Source: Candidatus Latescibacterota bacterium
GTDB taxonomy: Bacteria; Latescibacterota; UBA2968; GCA-2709665
Direction: 5' to 3'
Assembly: GCA_965116875.1 (NCBI GenBank)
Contig: OZ220733.1
Span: forward strand, 1,760,001 to 1,824,000
DNA: 64,000 nucleotides
Shown here: positions 49,365 to 59,752 of the stretch, one piece after another
How the letters are laid out: each line of letters starts with the position of its first letter
How positions within the stretch are numbered: the stretch's first letter is position 1
Translations under genes and position numbers: made by a program
Notes under the pieces: generated by a model
Database searches by the model: none
Told to the model about the DNA's origin: nothing
Seen by the model: the letters and a program-made list of their open reading frames with translations, nothing else

Positions 49365-49933
49365 GGCCCGGCTTTCGAATTGTCCACGGGGACCGGATCC
49401 ACATAGATCAGCCCGCGCTTCTGGCGGCTGCCTTCCCGTTTCAACGCGACGAGTTGGCTGCGCAGAAGGTTCCGTTTGATTGCGCTGAAATGGTCCGTCA
49501 CCAGAACGCCGTTCAGGTGATCCACCTCATGCTGAACCGCACGTGCGGCAATATCCGACATCGTCCCGCTGAAGGCGTTGCCATCCCGGTCAAGGGCGTC
49601 AACCCGGACCTGCGCCCGGCGGTTGACGTCTCCCACAATCCCCGGCAGGCTCAGGCACCCCTCTTCACCGACGACCTCGCCCTCATCCTGGCTCAGCTCC
49701 GGGTTGATCAACACCGTTGCCTCGGCCTCAGGATCTCCCGGGCTGACGTCCAGAACCACGACACGCAGGCTTACGCCCACCTGGGGCGCCGCAAGCCCGA
49801 TCCCCTCCGCCGCGTACATGGTCTCGAACATATCGTCCACGAGGGCACGCACCTCTTCCGTAACCGCTTCAACCGGCCGCGCCTTCCTTCTGAGTGTCGG
49901 GCAGCCGAATTTCTTGATTTCGAGCAGTGCCAC
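49361..49933 (-). CDS. def: Peptide deformylase
   Basis: GIGLAAPQVG, EGCLS and QHEVDHLNG. Confidence 0.96.
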   Translation of the reverse strand: MALLEIKKFGCPTLRRKARPVEAVTEEVRALVDDMFETMYAAEGIGLAAPQVGVSLRVVVLDVSPGDPEAEATVLINPELSQDEGEVVGEEGCLSLPGIVGDVNRRAQVRVDALDRDGNAFSGTMSDIAARAVQHEVDHLNGVLVTDHFSAIKRNLLRSQLVALKREGSRQKRGLIYVDPVPVDNSKAGP

Positions 49934-49963
49934 TGATCAGGTCCCGTATGTCTTAGATGCCGT

Positions 49964-50839
49964 TCACCTGTCCTGGATGTTCAGAAACGTCTCGTTCAAA
50001 CTTCCGCTGCGGTATCCCTGCATATCCAGCGTAACGTATCGATATCCGATTTCCTTCAGATGCGCCACCACCCGTTCGACGAGTCCGTCCATGAAAAACC
50101 GGCCGATCTCCGCGGGTGAAACTTCGATGCGCGCAATGTCGTCATGGTGCCTCACCCGCACCGGGCTGAATCCCAGCGTCTTGAGGAACGCCTCGGCCCG
50201 GTCGACCATTGACAGCGCTTCCACGGTCACGGGAGTACCATAGGAAATGCGGGACGACAGGCAGGCCGACGCCGGACGATCCCAGGCGGGCAAACCCCAG
50301 GCTCTGGACAACAGGCGGATATCCTCTTTTGTCAGGCCCGTCTCCACCATGGGGGCCCGCACCCCCCGGTCACGTGCGGCCGTCATTCCCGGCCTGAAGT
50401 CTCCCACGTCGTCCGCGATGGCCCCGTAAATCAGAAACCGATACCGGCCCTCATATTTTTCGAGAACTTCATCCAGCTTGTCGGCCAGCGCCGTTTTGCA
50501 ATGATAGCATCGGTCGGGCTCGTTTTTTACATAGTCCGGGTTCTCCATTTCCCGGGTGTGCACCACTTCCATCGAAATGCCGATCCGGCCCGCGAGAGCC
50601 CGCGCGTTCTCGAGTTCCCCGGTGGCGTAGCTGGCCGAAACCGCGGTCACCGCGAGCGCTTTCGTTCCCAGCACCCGGTGCGCCGCCGCCGCAAGAAACG
50701 TGCTGTCCACGCCCCCGGAGAACGCCACGACCACGCTCCCCATATCCTGGAGAAGCTTCTCGAGCCGGCGCAGTTTTTCTTCGGCCTCCAAGAGCCCCGA
50801 CCGGGCGCCTTCGTCCGTATGTCGTTCCACCGCTGACAT
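49964..50839 (-). CDS. larE: ATP-dependent sulfur transferase, LarE family
   Basis: PP-loop AFSGGVDS, RCYHCK, DFRPG, ACLSSRI and GYRSGSLN. Confidence 0.88.
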   Translation of the reverse strand: MSAVERHTDEGARSGLLEAEEKLRRLEKLLQDMGSVVVAFSGGVDSTFLAAAAHRVLGTKALAVTAVSASYATGELENARALAGRIGISMEVVHTREMENPDYVKNEPDRCYHCKTALADKLDEVLEKYEGRYRFLIYGAIADDVGDFRPGMTAARDRGVRAPMVETGLTKEDIRLLSRAWGLPAWDRPASACLSSRISYGTPVTVEALSMVDRAEAFLKTLGFSPVRVRHHDDIARIEVSPAEIGRFFMDGLVERVVAHLKEIGYRYVTLDMQGYRSGSLNETFLNIQDR

Positions 50840-52287
50840 CACTCGCGATCCTCCACCCCGCCCGGCATGACAACCGCATCGACCATCCCGTGCAGTACTT
50901 TCTTGTCCGGCGGGCAAACCGTGGCCTGCACGCCCGACAATACGGGCCGCCCGTCGTGAATGAAATAATAAGGCTGGATGCGCACCCGTCCTTTGAGGCG
51001 CATCATGCGATCCGACTGGAAATCGTAGTACGACACCGAAAAGCGGGAACCCGTGTGGAACTCCTGCAATATGTGGGGAGAACCGGGAAATTCGGCAAGC
51101 GCGGACTCGATCGTGGTCTGCCAGTCCAGCTCCGACATATCGTGGCCGACGGCCACGCCGCGGCTCCCCCAGGCCTGATCGGAGAAACCGGACGGCTTAA
51201 TCACAAAACGGCGTTGCTTCTGTCCCAAGGCGCCGAGGTCCCGCCAGTTTCCGAAATTCCTGCCGTCCACGCTCAAACCCGGGATAACGGCGTGCGGCGG
51301 CAGGGCACGCGGGTCCAGAATCCACGTCTTCGGAAAGGTCTGCATGAGGAACTCCACCGCTTCTTCTCCAAGCTCGCGAAGCCAGAACGAACGCAGGAGG
51401 GGATGGTGGAACAGGGCCATCAGCATTTTCTCTTCCAGGTGGGCTTTCAACGGCGGCGTCGCCTTAACCGTTCCCTTTCGGATGGCATATAGAATCAGAT
51501 CCATCTTCGGTATGTTTTTCAGGTCGAACAGTTCGAAAAAACGATAGAGAACGTCGATCTGCCGTCGACCGCCCGTGCCGTTCACGAACAGTCCGGCTTC
51601 GCTGAAGATGATCTCTTCCGGGCGCACCACGCAGGTTTCAAGTCCCGCCCGGTTCAGGGCTTCCCCCAACCACGTCATTTCGGGACGATACCCCGAAGAT
51701 TCCTCTGAAACCACAATGCCCAGCACCGGCTCTGCAATCCCGGCAACCGAACGCACCATCCCCATGAATCCGTTCACCATACCATCGGCGCCGCCCACGA
51801 TTCCGAATCCGAACCGGCCGTACCGCTCCGCCAGACTGGCGGTAAACCCGATTCCCCCCGGCACCGAGTCCAGTTCCGAGGCGATCGTCCCCGAGGGGGT
51901 CGGAATCAGGTCCGGCCGGATCACCAGGGGCAGATGCTGTTTGAAACGGTTCATCCGGCCGTATCCGATTACGGTTTCGGGCTTCCCCTGATCCAGGTAT
52001 GCCGCCACCCACTCCGGCTGGATCTTTCGGACACTTTGAGAATACAGAAGGTTGCATGCCTTGTAGAAATCGTACAGATGCGTGCCCAGGCGTTCCAGAT
52101 GGTCAATCACCCGCTGCGGCATCCAGAACGGTTCGGGCGACACCCGCCACGGGCTGTTGGATTTGGGATGCACCGTGCGCTGCACATCCGTATACAGCCC
52201 TCCACCGGGCGTCATTCTGTCAATACAGAGGCTGCGCTCCTTCGCGTCGGTCACTTGTATCGTCTCTTCTTCTGCGCAGATTCCCAT
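50839..52287 (-). CDS. Hypothetical ATP-grasp-like ligase (glutathionylspermidine-synthase/CP-ATP-grasp-like)
   Basis: IRPDLI...ELDSVPGG, VLYRFFE, EEK, FPKT, VIKPSG..WGSRGV and ILQEF. Confidence 0.55.
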   Translation of the reverse strand: MGICAEEETIQVTDAKERSLCIDRMTPGGGLYTDVQRTVHPKSNSPWRVSPEPFWMPQRVIDHLERLGTHLYDFYKACNLLYSQSVRKIQPEWVAAYLDQGKPETVIGYGRMNRFKQHLPLVIRPDLIPTPSGTIASELDSVPGGIGFTASLAERYGRFGFGIVGGADGMVNGFMGMVRSVAGIAEPVLGIVVSEESSGYRPEMTWLGEALNRAGLETCVVRPEEIIFSEAGLFVNGTGGRRQIDVLYRFFELFDLKNIPKMDLILYAIRKGTVKATPPLKAHLEEKMLMALFHHPLLRSFWLRELGEEAVEFLMQTFPKTWILDPRALPPHAVIPGLSVDGRNFGNWRDLGALGQKQRRFVIKPSGFSDQAWGSRGVAVGHDMSELDWQTTIESALAEFPGSPHILQEFHTGSRFSVSYYDFQSDRMMRLKGRVRIQPYYFIHDGRPVLSGVQATVCPPDKKVLHGMVDAVVMPGGVEDRE

Positions 52288-52391
52288 GTCGATATCACCC
52301 GGCCTGCTTTGTTCACCACGATTCGTTTGTTTTTGTGGACGTTAAATGGATCGTCCGATCTCCGGCGAATGCGGACTATCGCCGCGAATCC

Positions 52392-52895
52392 TCAGGAACC
52401 GCTTCCGCCGCTCCGGCGCTGACGCCGTTTGGGCTTCTTCACTCTCTTCCAGACCAGGGTGGACCCGCCAATCTGCAGCCGGCGCCAGGATTCGGGCGCG
52501 CCGCCGTCCTCCCCGCCCCGTTGACGGGTCGGCGACCCGTCAACGGGGCGGGGCCGGCTCCGCAACGCCGCGGACTCGTCATCGGTCAGAAGCGTCTGAA
52601 CGGATGACAGGGTTTCCGAAACACCCTCGCCGTCCGATTCATCCTGCAGATTCAGTCGGGCGGCAGCGGCTTCGTAGACGGCCTTCGCCGTCTCGACACG
52701 CGCTTCGAGCATGCCAAGCGCACGTCTCAGCTCCTCAACCTGTAAGGCCGATGATTCTATTTCGCGGCGTGCGTGTTCGAGTACTTCTTCGTAGAGATCG
52801 TTCCGTTCGCCGTTTGCGTCTTCCATGATCTCCGCCCACTTGTCGTGGTTATCCCGCGCAAGGAACTTCGGTTGAGCAACCGGTTTCGCGTTCAA
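52392..52895 (-). CDS. Hypothetical coiled-coil protein
   Basis: Heptad-rich N-terminal half; overlaps the S41 peptidase stop. Confidence 0.55.
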   Translation of the reverse strand: MNAKPVAQPKFLARDNHDKWAEIMEDANGERNDLYEEVLEHARREIESSALQVEELRRALGMLEARVETAKAVYEAAAARLNLQDESDGEGVSETLSSVQTLLTDDESAALRSRPRPVDGSPTRQRGGEDGGAPESWRRLQIGGSTLVWKRVKKPKRRQRRSGGSGS

Positions 52896-54829
52896 CGCCC
52901 GGTTTCGCCGGCGAGCGCCAGCTTCAACCTTTTCCTGTACCGTTCCGGGTCTCTGAGAATTCGGACCGCCTCGTGAAACTGTTCATCGCCCTTCAGCCGC
53001 GCCAGAATGCGCCCCTTCCTCCCCCAGACCCGGTTTCCCAGTTCCCTTCCGATTTCCAGACGGATAAACGGTTCGGCTTTTTCGAATTCCGCTTCCCGTT
53101 CTGACTCAACAACGTTCCGCAGGACTTCCAATGCCCGGTCCGCTTTTGCGTCCAGGCCCGCGGCCGCCAGCGCCCGGTTCAGATTCTCCAGTTCGTTCTG
53201 GGCAGGCGTTCGGTAGCGCTTGAAATTGCCAAGTTTCGACGTGTCCGCGAGAAATTCCCGGAACGCGCTGATTTCCTCTTCCCCCACCTCATAGCCCTCC
53301 GGGTTCCGGGGAAACGTGGTCCGCGCGGCGTATTCTACGGCAAAGTCGAAAAACAAACCGGCCCGGTACATTTCGAGTATCAGTCGCGGTCTGCGCTTCG
53401 GCTTCACCACCACGTCAGGCGTGATGCCGCCTCCGCCGAAGACCGAGCGCCCGCCGGCAGTCTTGAAAACCCTGGCCGAATCCGAGACGTCGTTCGCCAC
53501 CCGGTCCTCTCTCAACGCCATTCCCAACATCTGCCCCAGCTCCGTCTCGAACAGCTGCTCTGCCTGTTTTGTGGATTCCAGATCGAACTGTTCGAAAAGC
53601 CGTGTGATCGCATCCTCCCGACTCTCTTCCCCCGCAATCGTCGCAACCGTCTGATACAGAGGCACCTGCGAGTCCCCGACGTTCAACGCCAGATTGCCGA
53701 GCCTTCCGAATCTCCTGTTCTTGTGGATGCTGCGCCCGCTGGGCGTGTAGTAAAGGGCCGTTGTCCACTTCAGCGCTTTCTTGTCACTGACACGCTGAAA
53801 GGATTGAACGGAGCCCTTGCCGAATGTTGGTGTGCCCAGGATCAGCCCCCGGTCCGAGTCCTGAATTGCCCCCGCGACAATCTCCGAGGCGCTGGCGCTG
53901 TGGCTGTTGACCAGAACCACGAGCGGGATATCCTTAACCCTGGACGCTTCGGCGGTGCGATACTCCTTATTCTGGGAATCCACGCGGCCACGCGTGGTGA
54001 CAACCAGCAGATCGGGTCCCAGAAACACGTCGGCGACGGCGACGGCCTGCGCCAGCAGCCCACCCGGATTCCCCCGCAAGTCCAGGATAATACCCCTCGT
54101 ATTCTTCGCTTTCAGCTCGTCCACGGCGGCTTTCAGCTCAATGGGCGTGGATTCCGAGAACCGGCTGCCGATCAGGCCGGACATGGCAATGTAACCGATG
54201 CCTTCTTCGATCCCGTCGATGCTCGCCACGCTTTTCACACGAATATGCGCCCGGATAATCTCCTGGTCGAACGGTTGCGACCGGCCCGGTCGTTCGATTG
54301 TGATCACGACCCGGTTACCCGGGTGCCCGCGCAGCACGTCCACAACCTCCTCCAGTTTCCGGTTGAGCGTGGGGTCTCCGTCCACCTTCACGATCCGGTC
54401 GCCGACCACGAGACCGGAAGTGTCGGCAGGCGTACCGTCGATCACACTCAGAACGACGGGCACCTCGACGCCATTCCTCTTCATCGTGCTGATCGTGATG
54501 CCCAACCCGCCGAATTTGCCCTGGGTATCGATCAGAAGATCGTCCAGTCCGCGCCGATTGAGCATCTGCGTATACGGATCGAGTTCGTCCAGCATGCCTT
54601 CGATGGCTGAAGTCGTGAGCGAGTCGGACGCCAGTGGCTTATAGTAACTCGTTGTGAGCAGTTTCAGCGTTTCTATGTATTCGTCTATGCTGTTTTCCAC
54701 GGCGGCGTACCCGTCTTCCCCTTTGACAAGCCGCGAGTCCAGGACCAGGCATGTTCCCAGGAGGCCGATAAGTGCCGTTCCAACCCATATTCGTCTGCGT
54801 TTCCGTGCGCTCATATCCCGCCTCCGCAT
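52892..54829 (-). CDS. ctpA: S41A carboxyl-terminal processing protease
   Basis: PDZ (FGGLGI), DLRGNPGGLL, SASASEIVAGA and TFGKGSVQ. Confidence 0.9.
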   Translation of the reverse strand: MRRRDMSARKRRRIWVGTALIGLLGTCLVLDSRLVKGEDGYAAVENSIDEYIETLKLLTTSYYKPLASDSLTTSAIEGMLDELDPYTQMLNRRGLDDLLIDTQGKFGGLGITISTMKRNGVEVPVVLSVIDGTPADTSGLVVGDRIVKVDGDPTLNRKLEEVVDVLRGHPGNRVVITIERPGRSQPFDQEIIRAHIRVKSVASIDGIEEGIGYIAMSGLIGSRFSESTPIELKAAVDELKAKNTRGIILDLRGNPGGLLAQAVAVADVFLGPDLLVVTTRGRVDSQNKEYRTAEASRVKDIPLVVLVNSHSASASEIVAGAIQDSDRGLILGTPTFGKGSVQSFQRVSDKKALKWTTALYYTPSGRSIHKNRRFGRLGNLALNVGDSQVPLYQTVATIAGEESREDAITRLFEQFDLESTKQAEQLFETELGQMLGMALREDRVANDVSDSARVFKTAGGRSVFGGGGITPDVVVKPKRRPRLILEMYRAGLFFDFAVEYAARTTFPRNPEGYEVGEEEISAFREFLADTSKLGNFKRYRTPAQNELENLNRALAAAGLDAKADRALEVLRNVVESEREAEFEKAEPFIRLEIGRELGNRVWGRKGRILARLKGDEQFHEAVRILRDPERYRKRLKLALAGETGR

Positions 54830-54937
54830 TGTCTGGTCCCAACCTTCCTCGTTGTCGCGGGTCCTGCCCCTGCATTCTCCTGCTGTTTTCGTCGTGGAGC
54901 CATCGCTGACTGCCGTCCGCGCCGGTTTTCCTGTCGA

Positions 54938-55573
54938 TCAACCCGTCGGCCGAACCGCGCCCGCCAGCCGTTCCCGTACTTCTCTGTGGATCCGGCGCCC
55001 GAGGTCCTCGACAGGGAGCCGGCCGTCAACCCGAAGAATCCGTTCCGGCTCCTCCTGCCAGATCCTTTGGTACCCGTCCCTTACGCGGTCGAAAAACGCG
55101 TGGCCGGCGGCTTCGAGTCTGTCGGCATCTTCAGGTATCCATCGCTGCTTCAAGGTTTCGAGGTCCACGTCGATCCAAACGGTCAGTTCCGGTCTCAGCC
55201 CCCCTGTGGCCACTTCCTGAACCGTCTGAATACGTTCCAGGTTCAGCCCGCGCCCGTACCCCTGGTAGACGACCGTGGAATCGAAAAACCGATCTGATAT
55301 CACCACTTCTCCCCGCGAGAGCGCCGGACGGATCACCGTGTTGACGTGTTGAGCCCGATCAGCCGCGAATAGCAGCATCTCCGCGGCGGGGTCCACTTCC
55401 GATCGACGTTCCAGCAACAGACTGCGGACCTTACGGCCCAGCCCGGTTCCGCCCGGTTCCAGGGTGAACACCACGGATCGCCCCTCCGCACGAAGACGTT
55501 CGGCCAGCCGTTTGGCCTGGGTGGTTTTCCCGCTTCTGTCGATGCCTTCAAAGGTAATGAAGAGTCCCGCCAC
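54938..55573 (-). CDS. tmk: Thymidylate kinase
   Basis: FITFEGIDRSGKTTQ, EPGGT and DRFFDSTVVYQG. Confidence 0.95.
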   Translation of the reverse strand: MAGLFITFEGIDRSGKTTQAKRLAERLRAEGRSVVFTLEPGGTGLGRKVRSLLLERRSEVDPAAEMLLFAADRAQHVNTVIRPALSRGEVVISDRFFDSTVVYQGYGRGLNLERIQTVQEVATGGLRPELTVWIDVDLETLKQRWIPEDADRLEAAGHAFFDRVRDGYQRIWQEEPERILRVDGRLPVEDLGRRIHREVRERLAGAVRPTG

Positions 55574-55611
55574 GCCGATCCACACTCCCGCGCCGCGCGG
55601 GGGCGGCTCCG

Positions 55612-56520
55612 TTATCCGAGCAACTGCGTCAGGATCGCCTTCTGGACGTGCATCCTGTTTTCCGCCTGGTCCACCGCCACGCATCGCCGGCTCGCCATCA
55701 CTTCCGCTGTCAACTCGTACCCCTTGTGTGCGGGAAGACAATGCATGACCAGCGCATCGGTTTTGTCCAGCAGGTCCATATCTATCTGATACCTGGCAAA
55801 TGCCTCGACGCGTCGCTTCTTTTCCGCTTCATATGCAGGATCTTCGAAGAATTCCATGTCGATCCAGGTATCCGTATACAGGAAATCCGCTCCGGCCACC
55901 GCCGCCTCCAGGTCCAGGGTTTCCCGGAAAAGACCGGTCTTCCTGGCCCGATCGGTAAGTTCTTCGTCTTCAGAGGGTTTGTTTACTTCCGGCGTCACCG
56001 TCGTGATTCGCACGCCGGCCTTGGTACATCCGGCGATCAATGAATTGCACACGTTGTTCCGGATGCCCACGTAGACCAGGTGGGCGCCCTCCAGATTTCC
56101 ACGGATTTCACGTACCGTCATCAGATCGCCAAGCGCCTGGCACGGATGGTACCGGTTGCAACAACCGTTAATCACGGGAACCTCCGCCCCGTCCGCAAGT
56201 TCCCGGAGGTCGCAATGACTCAACATCCGGGCCATGATGACGTCTGAATAGCGGGAAAGCACCTGGGCTTCGTCCCTGAGGTCCGCCAACTGGAAATTCG
56301 TGGCGCGCCAATCCAGATTCATGGCGTACCCACCCAGCTGATTCATCCCCGTTTCGAACGAACATCGGGTCCGCGTCGATGGTTTCTGAAACAGCATCGC
56401 CAGCGTTCGGCCCCGCAATGCTCCCGAAAACCGTTTCGGGTCTGCCTTCATCAACAGACCCGCCTCGATCGTTTCCAGGATTTCGTCAGACGACCATGTC
56501 TTGAGTGTAATCAAATCCAT
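55612..56520 (-). CDS. argF: Ornithine carbamoyltransferase
   Basis: STRTRCSF, HPCQALGD and MHCLPA. Confidence 0.88.
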   Translation of the reverse strand: MDLITLKTWSSDEILETIEAGLLMKADPKRFSGALRGRTLAMLFQKPSTRTRCSFETGMNQLGGYAMNLDWRATNFQLADLRDEAQVLSRYSDVIMARMLSHCDLRELADGAEVPVINGCCNRYHPCQALGDLMTVREIRGNLEGAHLVYVGIRNNVCNSLIAGCTKAGVRITTVTPEVNKPSEDEELTDRARKTGLFRETLDLEAAVAGADFLYTDTWIDMEFFEDPAYEAEKKRRVEAFARYQIDMDLLDKTDALVMHCLPAHKGYELTAEVMASRRCVAVDQAENRMHVQKAILTQLLG

Positions 56521-56578
56521 TGGCGAACGACGTTCCTCCTCACCCGGCCGGGCGTCAGACGGCCGGCCGCGGGTCGTA

Positions 56579-57562
56579 TCAACCCGGTTGGATCGTTCGG
56601 CACGATCCCAATTGCTTCTTTACTGCGGCCAACAGAAGCCGTTTCGCCTCTTCAACGGGCTTTTCGATCCTGCATCCCGAGGCGCGCCTGTGCCCGCCGC
56701 CGCCGAACGCTGCGGCGATTCGATTCACATCCACCCCGCCCCGGGAACGCAGGCTGATACGGAACCGACCCTGTGCCTCTTCCTTCAGAACCACCGCCAC
56801 CTGAACCCCCTCTATTGCCATGGCGTGGTCCACCACGGGATCCGGATCGCCGCCTTTGCGGTACGTCTCGTGGTCCACCACCACGGTACTCACCCGGCCA
56901 TCGCAATGCAGATCCAGCGTACCCAGAGCGGCCGCCAGCGTCACCATGGTTTCAAGGCTTTCCCGGGCGAACAGCGCGTCGGCGATCGCTTCCGGGTCCG
57001 CACCGTAATCCACCAGTTCGCTGCATACCTTCAGTGCTCGTTCCGGATGCGAAACCCTGAACAGCTTGGTATCGAAAGCGATACCCGCGTAAATCTGATT
57101 TGCGACCTCCGGCCCGATCTCCGCCTCCGCCGCAAGAAGCAGCCCATAGACCAGCTCACTGGCGGAACTGGCCGCGCTGTCGACGATGCGGACGTCGCCC
57201 TGCGGCTTCCGCGCCGCGTGATGATCGATAATCATTGTGCTGGCGCGCTCTCCGAGCAGCCGACACACGTCGCCCACGCGCTGCGGGTCGAGCGTGGGCG
57301 TGTCCACAAATACCGCCCTGTCAAAGGACGGTTGATCCGCAAGAGATCCGTACAACTCAATATGCTCAAATCCCGGTAGAAAAGCAAACTTCGGATTCAA
57401 AGTCTCGTCGCTGAGGACGAGCCTGCAAACCCGCTTTTTCCGGACAAGCATCTCCCTCAGCGCCAGGAGGCCCCCAATCCCGTCACAGTCTGCATTGACA
57501 TGGGTTGCAAGCAGAACCGGTTCATCAGGTTCGAAAAAAGATATGGCTGCGGTATAGTCCAT
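56579..57562 (-). CDS. nrnA: DHH/DHHA1 oligoribonuclease/pAp phosphatase
   Basis: HVNADCDGIG, IIDHH, SLRS and FGGGGH. Confidence 0.87.
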   Translation of the reverse strand: MDYTAAISFFEPDEPVLLATHVNADCDGIGGLLALREMLVRKKRVCRLVLSDETLNPKFAFLPGFEHIELYGSLADQPSFDRAVFVDTPTLDPQRVGDVCRLLGERASTMIIDHHAARKPQGDVRIVDSAASSASELVYGLLLAAEAEIGPEVANQIYAGIAFDTKLFRVSHPERALKVCSELVDYGADPEAIADALFARESLETMVTLAAALGTLDLHCDGRVSTVVVDHETYRKGGDPDPVVDHAMAIEGVQVAVVLKEEAQGRFRISLRSRGGVDVNRIAAAFGGGGHRRASGCRIEKPVEEAKRLLLAAVKKQLGSCRTIQPG

Positions 57563-57586
57563 CGTTATGTTTCGTATCCGTCCCGT

Positions 57587-58768
57587 TTAATGGTTTCCTG
57601 CAAGCCACAGCGCCGGATTTACGGGCTCCTCACCCCGCATGATCTGAAAGTGGAGTTGTGGAATGCCGTCAATCCGGCCCGTACTTCCCACCGTTCCGAG
57701 TACGGCCGCCTGAATCACCGGCTGTTTCGGCAACACATGTACTTCGGCAAGATGCCCGTAAAGCGTATAGTACCCGCCCGGATGGTGCAACAAAACAAAT
57801 TGGCCGTACCCCGGATACCAGTCCACGAGCGCGACCGTGCCCGGCGCGACCGCCCGGACCTCGATTCCGGCAGGCGCAGCGATGTTGATGCCTCGATTGA
57901 ACGTCCACGTCTTCAGTTCAGGATCCTGGCGCCGGCCGAAGCGTACCACCACGCCGCCGGGAACCGGCCGGGGCAGTCTCCCGCGGTGGGATGAGAAATC
58001 GAATGGCGGCAATGCGGTATGCCGACGCCAGTCCTGTGTCTCCTGGATGATCCGCCCGATCCGCTCACTGGACGCGGCCAGGGCCGCCTGCGTCTTTCGA
58101 ACCGCCTCCGAGCGGGCGTCCGCGTCCCGCCGGAGTCGTTTGAGTTCAGCCTCCCGCCGTCTGACTCGATTTGCCAGGCGGTCCTCGGTTCTGCGTTTGA
58201 CGCCCAACAGGGCCTTCTGCCGTTCGTGCCGCACGGCCTGCAGTCTGAGTACGCCGGAAATCCGCTTTCGATCATGCTGAATGGCTTCAAAGTCCCTGCG
58301 ATCCTGAGCCGCAACCCTGGAGAGATAGCGAAGACGTCTGAACGCTTCAGTAAACGAATCCGCCGAAAAAAGGATCCGCAACGTACCCCGCCTGCCGAGT
58401 TTGTACATCTCACGCATACGGCTGGAGATTTCCAACTCACGCACCTTCCTCCGCGCGTCGACGCGGGTCAGTTCACGCTTCGCCGTTCCGAGTCGTCTCG
58501 ACAGCTTTCCCTGCCGGCGTGCCAGACTGCGCAGCTCGCCCCTGATTCGGACGATGTCCCGTTCCCTTCGCTCCAGATCCAGGGAAACCGCTTTCTGCCG
58601 GGACTTCGCCTGTTCCAGCTGCTCACGGTCGGATTGAAGCCTCGCCTTCAAGCTGTCGAGCGCGGCGCGCTCCTCGGCCAACGCTGCCTGCAGGTCAGCC
58701 TGCGCCGGCGACGCCATTGCCAGGATCATCAGTACCGGAACGAGAATCCGCATACGCTTCTCTTCCAT
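57587..58768 (-). CDS. envC: Murein hydrolase activator EnvC-like (coiled coil plus degenerate M23)
   Basis: Signal peptide, long coiled coil, LytM domain with degenerate HxxxD motif (NRGIN); follows ftsEX. Confidence 0.82.
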   Translation of the reverse strand: MEEKRMRILVPVLMILAMASPAQADLQAALAEERAALDSLKARLQSDREQLEQAKSRQKAVSLDLERRERDIVRIRGELRSLARRQGKLSRRLGTAKRELTRVDARRKVRELEISSRMREMYKLGRRGTLRILFSADSFTEAFRRLRYLSRVAAQDRRDFEAIQHDRKRISGVLRLQAVRHERQKALLGVKRRTEDRLANRVRRREAELKRLRRDADARSEAVRKTQAALAASSERIGRIIQETQDWRRHTALPPFDFSSHRGRLPRPVPGGVVVRFGRRQDPELKTWTFNRGINIAAPAGIEVRAVAPGTVALVDWYPGYGQFVLLHHPGGYYTLYGHLAEVHVLPKQPVIQAAVLGTVGSTGRIDGIPQLHFQIMRGEEPVNPALWLAGNH

Positions 58769-58811
58769 CCTCAGCTTCGTTCCCACCCTGATCTGTACAG
58801 CCCCAGGCAAC

Positions 58812-59702
58812 CTACGCCAGCGCCCGCAACACGCGGTTTAACGATACCCAGCTTCCCAGGATGCCCAACAGGACCCCCAGTCCGATCAATCCGGGATAAA
58901 CCGGCGCAACCCGTGTCGCGACGGGAATCCAGGCCGCCCACCATTGCGAACTGCTCCACAGAGCCAGTACCGCCAGTACGCCTCCGACGCATCCCAGAAC
59001 AGCGCCGCCCATCAACACGGTCAGGCGGATGAAACCGCCGGTGGCCCCGACCATGCGCATAACCTCGATCGCATCCCGCTGGGCAAGTACCAGCAGCTTG
59101 GTGGTGTTGGCGACGGCAAATGTGCATGCCAGACATAGCACCACGCCCAGCGAAACCCCTATCCAGGTAACCGCCTCCCGCGCGCGGTCCAGAGAGGTCA
59201 GCCAGGCTTCGCCTGCATCCACGCTTTCGACTCCCTTGCGGCCGGCTGCGTTTTCAGCGATCGCGCGCGCATTTTTCACCATACCGTCCCCCGCCCGAAT
59301 TACGACGCGGACAGATGCCGGCAGCGGGTTCCGCGATACGGCATCCAGAAGTCCGTCGCCGAACATGGACCTGAATTCCTCAGCTGCCGCCGCTTTGTCT
59401 ACGTAACGGACCGAGGCCACTCCCTTCATCGCTTCGAATTCCCGCGCCAATTCAAGCGCCCGCGTCCGGTCGATTCCGTCGTCCAGATACACGTCCACCT
59501 CTATTTTTTCCTGTAAGGACTCGAAGATCGACAGCCCGCCCCCGACAAGGAGCACAAATATCCCGAGGACCATCAGTGAAACTGCTGTTGTCAGGCCCGA
59601 CACCACTCCCGCCATCCCCGTGCGCCTCAACCCCCTCATTGCCTCTCTGAACGCCATCAGAAGCACCATATTGCCCCCTGGCAGCCCGTTGAAAAAACCC
59701 AT
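58812..59702 (-). CDS. ftsX: Cell-division permease FtsX
   Basis: NPLPAS and IEVMRMVGAT; 4 TMs; follows ftsE. Confidence 0.9.
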   Translation of the reverse strand: MGFFNGLPGGNMVLLMAFREAMRGLRRTGMAGVVSGLTTAVSLMVLGIFVLLVGGGLSIFESLQEKIEVDVYLDDGIDRTRALELAREFEAMKGVASVRYVDKAAAAEEFRSMFGDGLLDAVSRNPLPASVRVVIRAGDGMVKNARAIAENAAGRKGVESVDAGEAWLTSLDRAREAVTWIGVSLGVVLCLACTFAVANTTKLLVLAQRDAIEVMRMVGATGGFIRLTVLMGGAVLGCVGGVLAVLALWSSSQWWAAWIPVATRVAPVYPGLIGLGVLLGILGSWVSLNRVLRALA

Positions 59703-59752
59703 CCGGGCTGCGGCCGGACCAACCCTGCAAGCTCATATTGCCGGAACCGGCT

